Shown here one piece after another: positions 50,458-61,606 of a stretch of 64,000 bases of DNA. Source of the DNA: Mobula birostris (taxonomy: Eukaryota); contig NC_092379.1 of the NCBI RefSeq assembly GCF_030028105.1, positions 28,513,821-28,577,820 of the forward strand. The letters are read 5' to 3'. Both the position numbers and the translations under genes were made by a program. A model generated the notes under the pieces. That model was not told where the DNA came from. It did not search any database and worked only from the letters and a program-made list of their open reading frames with translations. Position 1 is the stretch's first letter. Each line of letters begins with the position of its first letter.

Positions 50458-50921
50458 GGACTTTGTACAGACCCGTTGTTTCCCTACAATACTGAGGGTC
50501 CTTTGTACAGAGGTACTGTATACACCTGAGTCCGGGACAAGAATTCCAGAGATACTTGAATGAGCTGACTCTGCGTCTGTGCATTACAACTGTAAAGCTC
50601 GTCCGACATTCTGAGGCCGCTGCAGTTTTCCTCAGCCATAGAGCTTCAGCAGGTTTTAGGACATTCTCCGCGATGCTCAGTGTATCAGATATTTTTGCTT
50701 TAGCCCATGTGCAACTGCATTTCAGTGTTATTATCTGACTTCCGTCAGCCGATAATTTAGGAGCATGCTGATGACAGATTTGAACTTCCTCGTTCATGCA
50801 ATAAAGGACAGAATGCAGTGACTTCCCTGACTGGCACCGAACTACGCTCTCGCTGGACACGTGTGCAGTATCTTAGCAGTCAGGATGGCGAATGAAAATT
50901 GTAAGAAACTGAGGGACACAT
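50458..50921 (-). pseudogene. V pseudogene C3
   Basis: 45-nt leader, donor CTAAG, acceptor CAT; KLSADGSQIITLKCSCT...YLCTK; RSS CTCAGTA-23-ACAAAGTCC at 50458-50496. Confidence 0.82.
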
Positions 50922-51114
50922 GTTCACTCGCTTCAGCCCCGATAGGATCGCAAATCACTTACACGAATTAACAACATGACAGATAATTGAGAGTAAAACG
51001 TATCAGAAGAAGACTGAAAGGTGCAATGCTCAACGATTGCAAAATAAAACCAGAACAAAGGCTATATGAGAACTCGTCAGAATCCAGTTACGTTGAAACC
51101 CCCATGTTGCTTTT

Positions 51115-51243
51115 NNNNNNNNNNNNNNNNNNNNNNNNNNNNNNNNNNNNNNNNNNNNNNNNNNNNNNNNNNNNNNNNNNNNNNNNNNNNNNNNNNNNNN
51201 NNNNNNNNNNNNNNNNNNNNNNNNNNNNNNNNNNNNNNNNNNN
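51115..51243. other. N run, 129 nt
   Basis: Same position in the block as 44291-44420. Confidence 0.98.
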
Positions 51244-51729
51244 CCCTCTCCCCACTCTACCTCTCTCCATTTATCTTTTTATCTATCGTTCTCTCTTTAT
51301 CTTCGTCTCTCTTTCTCACTCTTTTGCTCTATCCCTACCTACTTCTCTCTCTCGTTCTTACTCCGGATATTGATTTCTATTTTACTGTTTATCTACATGT
51401 TTGAACGTTCTAACAACTCACTCTCGCTTTCTTTGCCATTCTGCCCCTGCTCTATACTTTTTCACACCATGTCACCCCATGCTAGCCAGCGTATCCGCGA
51501 CGATTCCTCCGAGTCATCCGCAAAGTTATGACTTTCCGCTGCTGCTGTTATTTAACTTAATATTAGCCTTTTAAGTTATTGACGGAACACCTTTCAATCT
51601 TCCAGAACCCCGTTGGATAATTCTTGTCAATAGCACATCAAATATCTATTCCCAGGTACGAGCTGGGATTAAATGTTTAACGGACATGGAAGGCTCCGGA
51701 AAGAGCAGGCAAACATTGCGAACACTGAG

Positions 51730-52175
51730 GTGTCCAGATCCTGTATCGCCGTGGAACGTTGGTGCTGAACTGCGCAAAGTTATTCAGTAGATTCCGGCAC
51801 GATTCCCTGGAACTTATTTAAGCGGAACAGCTTTGCCCAGAGACCCGAAATATTACTGGACCGTCTTCGCGTAGAACAATATCTCCTGTCATGAATATTT
51901 TCATCGGTTTTCCAGAATAGTGAACGCACGACAAACAGGTTCTGCCAGATTCCAACTGACTGAAGCTAAGTGACACGGTTTCCCCTTCCACCGTCATTAA
52001 ATCTGTCGTTCTGAGGTTCACAAAATCTGCCTCACTCATCCCTGTATCAAACCCCGAAGGTGTGAGGGGCGCCTGAACGCAGTGACCTTGGAGGGCACGC
52101 TCTAACTGCCTCGCCAGATTCACCAAACAGAGTAGTAACTACAAAGTACATCGCAGCGGGAACATGGTGATTGGA
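51730..52175 (-). pseudogene. V fossil E2
   Basis: GMSEADFVNLRTTDLMTVEGETVSLSFSQ...GIVPESTE*LCAVQ; paralog of E1. Confidence 0.65.
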
Positions 52176-52559
52176 ATAAAATAAACAGAGGAAGATTTGA
52201 AGATGTTACTCCGATAAAACAGAAGTTACTCAAATAAGTACAAGAGACTTTCCGGGAGACTCGGCGCTTTCGTGTCGATGTACATTCGTCTCCCTTCTCT
52301 CTTCCTATGTTCCAATGGGAGAATTTACTGCCGATCACCTGTCGGGGATATTGCAATTAGAAGAATGCTTGACTGTAACATCGATACAGCGACTGCTGTC
52401 TCCTCTCTCGCTTTCGAACAAACCATATCAGACTCTCCCTTATTAGCGTGAGAGAGAGAATGCCTGCGGGACTACGAAATGTTGCAGTAAACAGCTATTT
52501 TTTACTGTACTGCAGGCCAAGCCTCTCCTTGAATCTTTACGGTGACTTCGACGGTGGTT

Positions 52560-52960
52560 GGTGGTGGAAATGCTGATGCATTATATTACAATGAGTGAGT
52601 GAAGTAGAAGCGAGTTAGGTTAATGCTGCCGGCCGCTGATTTTGCGAGAGATGTGGCAGTGGGCGTTCAGCTACTTAGCTTTTTTTTTTTTTTACCGAAG
52701 TTGGTGCTTTGGGTTTTTGTTCTGTATTAAGGATATCTGTGGAGACTATGTATTTCAGGTTATGTATTGTGTCCATTCTCTGATTTTAAACGTGACTGTT
52801 TAAGCATACTGGGCGTTCTTTTCGCAGTACTCTGTTATATCTGACAACAGCAAAATATAAAATAAACTTAAACCAGTTTGGGGTAACTGTAAGCGTCTGC
52901 AAAGTGAAGGGATACATCAGGCTGTCTTTCGTTAGTTCATAAAATATCGGTTGAGCGGGG
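52560..52960 (-). pseudogene. Probable V fossil family H, copy
   Basis: Colinear with 24630-25000. Confidence 0.35.
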
Positions 52961-54308
52961 AGGTGGAGGTAGTTGTGTACTGCAGAGCGCCTATCTTGGC
53001 ACCCTGGCGATATTTGGTGTTATTTCACCATGGATCCGGTTGGATTCCGATAATTTCGATGCTGTCAGCAAATACTTCCGTGCTCAGTTTCCAAATTTTG
53101 CGCGTTACCAAGTATTACACTGCCCGCAGAAGACTTTCTGGGCAGCATGTGCTCGTGATCGGAGGATCACTGTGTGTGCACGTTAAGAGGAATGTGCGAC
53201 ATTTGGGCCCAAAATCAGTTGACCATAAGACCATAAGCAGACGTTGCCTCTCTCTGTCTCTTCAATCGTGAGGTGATTCAAAGTTCTAAAAGAAGCAATA
53301 GATTAATTCGTTTGCAAAAGTATTGAACGGTAGGATGAAATTGAATCCCAATCCCGTCCTGCTCGGTATGACCTTGCTCTTTAATTCCTGCCCGCGCTGC
53401 ATTTTTGTACTGCTGTTACAATATGTTTTTGCATTATTTTATTGTTTATCTTTGCACTACCTCCATCAAGGGTGTATTGAATTCATCTGTAAAAACCGAA
53501 TCAAGGCAATCATGTGACAATAATAAACAAATTCCTATCCAATTTACATATGCAGCGAACTTCACCTGGAGATAAAATTAGATCAGTTAAATCTTGTTGG
53601 GAAACTAGATTATGCAAGCAAGCAACCTGTTGTGATCCCATCCCTCTCTCTCCCTCGCTCTCTTTTACGCTGAAAATGCCTACAAAAATATGAATCTCGG
53701 AGTAGTAGGCGATCACGTATATGTAGTTCAAACATAAATTCACTTTAAGTATTGAACCTCTTTCTCAAAGCAACGACCAAATTAGTATCTGCATTCTCTA
53801 TCACGCCAAGCATCCGCTGGTTGTGTCGCATCATCTAAATTCTCAAAATAATCAATAAGTAGTTTTTCCCAACATCCTGACTTTCATTAACGTGCCACTT
53901 GCAATTCTTCATCAATCGGAAAACCACAAATTTTCTCACCATCTGGTGTCCTTTAGTCAGCCATTGTGCCATTTAATTATCTCCCGGATCCACTCCGTTC
54001 TCACTATTTCTCACTGCAGACACGCAAACAAAGGGCCATAAGACAATGTCAGACAAGGGTCTCAATGGGGATATGCCGTTGCAGCAACAGAGCGTGGGTG
54101 AATGCACATTCCGATATCCCGGAAAGTTGTGTAGTTGCATTTTGGGTCCGCGTTGTAATCAACAACTGTTCGTTTAGATTCGGCGTCTTGTGCTGCTGAT
54201 TACAGCGGTCTTATGTAGGATACGTGACCATGGCTAACGGGTGCGCCCCTTCGAGTTTCGTCGCAAATCGACGGCCTCCAGAGAAAGCTTCTAGCATTAT
54301 ACAGGACC

Positions 54309-56762
54309 AGTTTTTGTTTCGATCCGCCGTCGCTGTACAACTGAGTGGTGCTTATTTCACAGACGTACATGCCAGAGTCCGACACAAAAGCTTCACTGAT
54401 ATTCAATTGAGACGTCTTGCTGGCTTTCTGCAAATTAGCAGTAAACCTCACTGCGCAATCTTGATGCCGCTCCATTCCTCATGTGCTATATAACTATGGC
54501 AGATAATTTGGACGTTTTACGCTATGTTGAATGTACCAAAAGATATTTGCACTAGCGTAAGTGTAATTAAAGTAAGGTGTTATGTTCTGTCCTTCCTCCG
54601 CCATTAATTCGGGAGGATCCTGCGTCACCGAATCTTTTCCGCTCGCTCCTGTAATAAAGCAGTGGTCCCCAACCACAGAGCCGCGAACCAGTACTGGGCC
54701 GCAAAGCATGTGCTACCGGACCGCGGGGAAAATATATGATTTGGCGATATGAAACGATATGATTCAGCTGCACCTTTTCTCATTCCCTGTCACGCCCACT
54801 ATTGAACTTGAACACACGCGAGTTTTTCACTCACGCGAGGATATCAGTTGGCCATTAACCTGCAACTACTCGATGAGTAAAAAAGAAACGTCCCTTGAGA
54901 GTTTCTTTGAAAGAGATGGTAGGAGACATGAAAGGCCCAACGATGACGATAACGCAGAGACAGCTGAGACCGAGACTGCAAAAAAAAACAGAAAGCTTCC
55001 TTCAACAGAAAATGCGACGCGTCGTACATAAAATATGGCTTTATCACGACCAGTCACTCGCACGCTCCAAGCCCCCTGTGTGTGATATGTGGAGACAAGG
55101 TGTCTAATGAGCCAATGAAGCCCTCAAAACTGCTTCGGAACCTTGAGTCCAAGCACAATGCACTTAAATACGTTGAGTTTTTCGAGCGAAAGAAGCGTGA
55201 GCAAGCGGAACACTAGCAAGTGCTGAGAGCCATCTCCTCCACAAATGCTGCTGCTCTGAGTGTGTCGTACTTAGTGGTTAGCCGTATTGCTAAGGCTAAG
55301 AAACCTGTCACTGTTGCTGACGATTTCATTCTACCTGCTGCCAAAGACATGTGCTGTGAACGGTTGGGAGAAGCTACAGCTAACAAGGTGGCACAGGTTT
55401 CTCTTTCAGCTACCATAATTTCAAGCAGAATCGATGACATAGCGGAAGACATCGAAGCACTGCTGTTGGAATGGCTTAACGAGTCTGGTTTCACTTCCCG
55501 ATTCAAAGAGGTTGCTCCTGAATGACAGTCTACACACTGTGTCACACATAAGGAAATGCTGGCTCGCCGAAAAATGACACCTGACCATAACAGCGTATTG
55601 AGTGAGTTGTTGAAGTTATCAATCACATCAAAGCAAAAGACCTGAACTCACGTCTGTTTGAGCAGCTTTGCGAGGAAATGCAATCAGAGCACAAACACCT
55701 TCTCTTACACACTGAAGTCAGGTGGCTATCAAGGGGGAGAGCCCTGGCCAGGGTTGTCGAGGTAAGACGGCAGCTAAAGAAATTTCTTTCGTGAAAAAAA
55801 GTCACCACTGGCAGCACACTTCAGTGACGAGGAGCGGACAGCAAAACTCGCTTATCTGTGTGACATCTTCAACCTGCTCAATGAACTCAATTTGTCACTA
55901 CAGGAGAGAATGACAACTGTCTTCAATTTGGCAGATAAAGTGTTTGCTTTCACAGCCAAACTGCAACTGTGTGGACGGCGAGTGGACAGGGGCATATTTG
56001 ACACGTGTCCAACATTAGCTGGGAATTTGGGAGAGACTGAGGCTCACAACTCGTGCACGAACACCTATCTTCGTTGTTAACAGAATTCGAGCGTTCCTTC
56101 CCACCCGCACATGACTGAAGACGTTCAAAGGAATGGGTCCGTGATCCATTTATGAATGTCCCCGGTGAATCATCTATGTCAGCGCGAGAAGAAGATCAAC
56201 TCTTCGAGCTTGTAAATGAGGATGAGCTGAAAAGAATGTTTGACATAACATCTCTTCCGGCATTCTGGATCAAAGTCAAGGCTGAATACACTGAGATAGC
56301 CACGAAAGCACTGAAAACGTTGCTTCCATTTTTTTTGCAATGAATGCAATGACAACTATTTTGCGGAATAGACTGGACATAAGGAACCCCCTTATTATTG
56401 TCTTATCACTATATTCAAGCAAGGAAAATATGCGTTGTTTGTTTAATATAAGTTCGTTAGATAAATCCTTTTCAAACTAAATTGAGTGTATTAGCCACTG
56501 ATAACTGACTTATAGTTGACTTATCACCTGTATTCCGGTCGTGATTAACACCACCCCCTCCCCACCCCTACACGTCTGCAAGAATATTGTCAATATTAAA
56601 ACGGTCCGCGGTCCAAAATTGGTCGGGGCCCCTGCAGTAAAGGACAGAATATATCAACTTCGCTTGCTTGTATTGAACGCCGGGGAAATTCGTTGGCCTG
56701 CTTCGCAGAGACTCGCCAGGCAGTAAAGCCAATCCAAACAGCAATAAGCAGATGGAAAGCAT
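54309..56762 (-). pseudogene. V pseudogene B6 (exon 54348-54648, leader 56717-56762) with a hAT inside its intron
   Basis: MLSICLLLFGLALLPG with GC donor; ASGKDSVTQDPPELMAEEGQNITPYFNYT (C23 lost), stops TAG and TGA, ...DSGMYVCEIS; RSS CACTCAG-23-ACAAAAACT at 54309-54347. Confidence 0.88.
54660..56634 (+). mobile_element. hAT Charlie/Buster-type DNA transposon, internally deleted (copy 1)
   Basis: Ends CAGTGGTCCCCAACC ... GGTCGGGGCCCCTG; 8-bp TSD TAATAAAG/CAGTAAAG; transposase fragments PLCVICGD, IAKAKKP, THCV, EVRWLSRG, FWIKVKAEY. Confidence 0.92.
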
Positions 56763-56930
56763 GGTGTCTAATTTCTGGCTGAATCGAGCGGCAGTTTCCT
56801 TCCAGGACGTAGTTATCACTTAATGGTTATTGTGGTGTGAGATCGTTTCATCAATACCTTTCACCTACTGTAAGCGCGAGGACGTTTTCCTGGTTAAAGG
56901 ATTGGCCGACACAATGAACCGACCGATTAG

Positions 56931-56980
56931 TATTTGTTTTGTTTCGACCAATCAGTATTTGCTTTGTTTCGACCAATCAG
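56931..56980. repeat. 25-nt tandem duplication of the CCAAT-box segment in the B6 promoter
   Basis: TATTTG(T/C)TTTGTTTCGACCAATCAG twice. Confidence 0.85.
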
Positions 56981-56991
56981 CATTTACGCTC

Positions 56992-57039
<48 letters not shown>

Positions 57040-57499
57040 GCTCTCTCTGTCGTCTCTCTCTCTCTTTCCCAGTATGCTCTACTTCCTCGGTTTCCCAGTT
57101 CTCTGCATGTCTGCATGTTCACTACACATATTTACCAATGTGTAATCCACCACAAGCTTTCCACGTTGTCGCTTTTCAACATCAGCAAGATCTCGCTGGA
57201 AGTAGTTGATGCATTTATTTGTTTGATTTATTAAGCTGGCCCTTAAGACGATATGCTTCAGTCTTCCGGCATTCAGCTAGTTTTTCTATGTCTGCAAGTT
57301 ACTTTTTTCCTTAAGCTGTGTATGCTGTAAGGGAGGCATCTGCTATCCACGTCAATAGACTCCTGACAGCACACTCTGTGTAGCCAACATATTCTTCGTT
57401 GAAAAACTCACATCTGGCATTACCCTTGAAATTTCTTCCAATCGTCTTAAAGTATCGTCCTATTGCGTCCTCTTCGAAGTCTCCAACCTCAGGTACTGG

Positions 57500-57819
57500 A
57501 AACTCGTCTTCCAATTCGGTACACTCACTTACACTGCACTCTTATCTGTAGGCATGGGCCAGCTTCTCCCGGGACCATAATAGCACTAGGCTGGTCAACT
57601 GCCGTCACATCTTCCCTAGCCTGGGCGAAAACGAAACGTTTTCCTGCTGATTGGTCAAACTAGCTACGTCACTGAACTTTGATCCATCGGTTTTTGCAAC
57701 GAAGGACAGAATCATTCAGCGTTCTGGGAGGGTGCTTAATCCGGGAAATGTTGAGGTACTATGAGAAATTCACCAGGCACAATGACTATGATAACCAGAA
57801 ATAGGACCTTGATCAGGAT
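57500..57819 (-). pseudogene. V fossil G2
   Basis: 46-nt leader ILIKVLFLVIIVIVPG (ATG to ATC) at 57774-57819, donor GTGAAT, 80-nt intron, acceptor CAA, then SVT*. Confidence 0.6.
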
Positions 57820-57994
57820 CAGCAGGGTTCCTATAAAATCGTGTTTAATTACCTCCGCCGAACTCTTTCTTACTGGGTTCCTTTATTTATTTTTTTCATT
57901 CGCCGCTCTTCTGTTACTTCCTTTGACTTCCTGTTTCTTTCATACTGCGCCGTCCTCTTTGCCACAGCTTTCGTTATCGCCATGCTATTCCAAT

Positions 57995-58058
<64 letters not shown>

Positions 58059-59571
58059 TTCTTTTGCCCCTCTCAATTTAACTTTTCAGGTTCTTTACGG
58101 TCCTACCTATTTCTTTTTCCATGTACATCACTCGGTTCCTCTACCCCATCAATCCCACATTTTTAGGAGCTAGTCGGTTGCTCAAGTGGAAAAGTGACAT
58201 TCACCATGAGCAGGATAACTACCCTGTGTGAATTACTGATACTAATAAATTTCAATAATTCGTTGCACGTCGTTGCACTGTAGCAGAGAAGGGAATAGAA
58301 TACAGATCTCGATACATGCAATTATGTGGGCATTTCTTTTATGTTATGCACTTCTAATCGGCTGTATTTTGCACAAGCGAGTTTGAGTCCCACAGTGTTG
58401 ACTAAGGTAATTTCAAATAAGATTAGACGGCACTGTGTGATTTTATTAAGACTTCGATGAATGAAAGTTTGAATCAGAAAATCAAACAATTCGTGAAAAG
58501 TGCAAATAACAACGTGTTACTGAAACAATCACTGGATATAACTAGAAATACTCAGCCTGCCTGGAAACGACTTTAGAGATTAAATTTTTAGACATTTCAT
58601 GTGGATTGTGAACTAATTTGGGCAGTGTCACCAATGGGATTGTTTCATGCATAACACAAGATTAAAATGATACTAGTAAAATACTAAGAAGACCGAAACG
58701 GATGTTTTCATTCTGTTATCCTTTCTTCGACAGAAAACTGAACATTACGTCTGTTCTCTTTTCCAGTCGTGCAGGTAAGACATTGTTTACAGGGATAGTT
58801 TCCGCTCTCCGTTCGTCAGAGTAATGGGCTGCAGGATGAGATAGTCTGTAAACCCGCAATGCACTTGTTCTGGCCTTACTCTTAGCTGTCATGCAGTGTT
58901 TTGTTATTGTGGCTTGTTACTTTCTTCTGCGTTTCAAAAGTCTTATACTATCGCATACTATCTCATCACACAGTGCAATGAATTGATCTGTATGATCGGA
59001 ACCAATTCAACATTTCAGAGTGTGTTGGCACATTTCACTATTTTATAAATGCAACTCTAACTTCGATAATTAACAAGACATTGGAAGGACGCCGTTGTCA
59101 TTGACATAACTATTCTGGATACATTAAACAATCTTGTTTTGTCCTATCTTGTCACTCCTATTCCTTCATCACAGATCTACCAGAATTGTATCCTCTGTAT
59201 GTATCATACTATAATACTATAGATCCATAGGTTGTGTAACTTATGTAATTAATCAATAAAATGATAAGTATTTGTGACAACATCTTATCTGTCAGTGGCA
59301 TACCACTTGTTATGCATAGCCAATCCGATTTTTACCCACTCTCTGATTTTCTTTATTGAATCAATGTCAATAGTTTCCACATGAGCATTCGCCTTGATCT
59401 GTAGCATTTGATGTTGCACAGAATTCAATGTTTTCTATTTCCAAGTTCGACGATAACCTCGCTGTTGTTTCCTCAGAATCCCTAAAAATCTGGCAAAAAA
59501 ACAACGTTGAATATAGCTGACAACCGTGATATGGCATCCCATGCAAAAGAGGGTATTTAGATACCGTAGAT

Positions 59572-61606
59572 CGGGATTCCCCAACCTACTTTGCACCGCG
59601 GACCGGTTTACTCTTGACAATATTCTTGTGGACTGGCCGACGAGGGGGTGGGGGGGGGGGCGGGTGACGGTGGGGCTGTTAATCACATCCGGAATATAGG
59701 TGCTAAATCAACTATAAGTCACGTATCAGTGGATAATACACTGAATTCCGTTTATAAAATGGTTTATCTAACTAATTTAATATTAAACGCACAGCGCATA
59801 TTTTCCTCGCATGAAGACAGTGCTAAGTCAATTGTAAGAGGGTTCCTTATGTCTAGTCTGTTCCGCAATTTAGCTTTCATTTCACTGATTGCAGAAAACT
59901 CCGCTTCGCAGAGATATGATGTTGGAAATGGAAGCAACGTTTTCAGTGTTTTCGTGGCTATCTCAGGATGTTCAGCCTTAACTTTAATCCAGAATGCCCG
60001 AAGATATGTTATTTCAAACATACTTTTCAGTCCTTCGTCATTTGCAAGCTCGAGGAGTTGATCTTCTTCACATACTGTCATAGATGAGGCACCGGGGACA
60101 TTCACAAATGGGTCACGGACCCATTCCTTTGCATGTCTTGGGTCATTTGCGGTTAGAAGTAACGCTCAAATTATGTCGACACCGAAGATAGGCCTTCACG
60201 CACCGGCTCTGAGCCTCAGTCACTCCCAAATTCCCAGCTAATGCTGAGAACATGTCAAATATGCTCCTGTCCACTCACCGCCGCACAGTTCCAGTTTGGC
60301 TGTGAAAGCAGACACTTTATCTGCCAAATTGAAGACAGTTGTCATTCTCTCCTGTATTGACAAATTGAATTCATCGAGCAGATTGAAGATGTCACACAGA
60401 TAAGCGAGTTTTGTTGTCAACTCTTTGTCACTGAAGCTTGCTGCCAGTGGTGACTTTTTTTTTCTCGAAAGAAATCTTTGTAGCTGCCCTCTTATATCGA
60501 AAATTCTGGCCAGGGCTCTCTCCCTTGACAGCCACCTGACTTCAGTGTGCAAGAGAAAGCGTTTGTGCTCTGCATCCATTCCCTCGCAAAGCTGCTCAAA
60601 CAGACGTGAGTTCAGGGTTTTTTGCTTTAATATGACCGATAACTTCAACAACGTCACTCAGTACGCTGTTAAGGTCAGGTGACATTTGTCGGCCAGAGAG
60701 CATTTCCCTGTGTGTGACACAGTGTGTAGACTGTCATTCAGGAGCAACCTCTTTGACTCGGGTAGTGAAACCAGACTCATTAAGCCGTTCCAACAGCTGT
60801 GCTTCGAAGTCCTCCGCTATGTCATCGATTCTCCTTGAAACTGTGGTAGCTGAAAGAAAAACCTGTGCCATCTTGTAAGTTACAGCTTCTCCCAACAGTT
60901 CGCGGCAGATGTCTTTGCAGCAGGCAGAATTAATTCCTCACCAACAGTGAAAGGCTTCTTAGCCTTAGCAATACGGCTAGCCACTAAGTACGACGCTCTC
61001 AGAATAGCAGCATTTGTGGAGGTGGTGGCTCCCAGCAGTTGCTTCTGTTCCGCTGCTCTCGTTTCTTCCGCTCAAAAAACTCAACGGCTTTGTCTTTTAG
61101 TGCAGAGTGCATGGACTCAAGTTTCCGAAGCAGTTCTGAGCGCTTCATTGCCTCATTAGAGAGACTGTCTCCACATATCACACACAGAGGGCTTGTGGCG
61201 TGCAGTACCGGTCGAAATAAAGCCATATTTTATGTACGACTCGTCGCATTTTCCGTTGAAGGCTGCGTTCTTTACTTTTTTTTTTTGCAGTCTCGGCCTC
61301 AGTTGTGTCTGCGTTATCATCATCGTTAGGCCTTTTATGTCTCCTTCCATCTCTTCCAAAGAAGCTCTCAAGCGACGTTTGGGTTTTACTTATCGAGTAG
61401 TTGCAGGTTAATGACCAACTGATGTCCTCGCGTTAGTAATGACCTCGCGTGCGTTCAAGTTCAATAGTGTACGTGACAGGGAATGGGGAAAGGCACAGCT
61501 GACTCATATTGTTTCATATCGCCAGATAATATCCTTTACCCGCGGACCGGTAGCACATGCTTTGCGGCCCCGTACCTGTTCGCGGCCCGTTGGTTGGGGA
61601 CCACTG
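59572..61606 (-). mobile_element. hAT Charlie/Buster-type DNA transposon, internally deleted (copy 2)
   Basis: TIR GGTTGGGGACCACTG at the right end; TSD CCGTAGAT/CAGTAGAT; LNSRLFEQLCEGMDAEHKRFLLHTEVRWLSR and LPFPTSYLCEAEFSA. Confidence 0.92.

Noticed and set aside
57311-57514. ORF with GYTECAVRS resembling a TRAV C-terminus (also ~28250)
   Set aside because: The nucleotide context is a CR1 3' fragment, and no RSS follows
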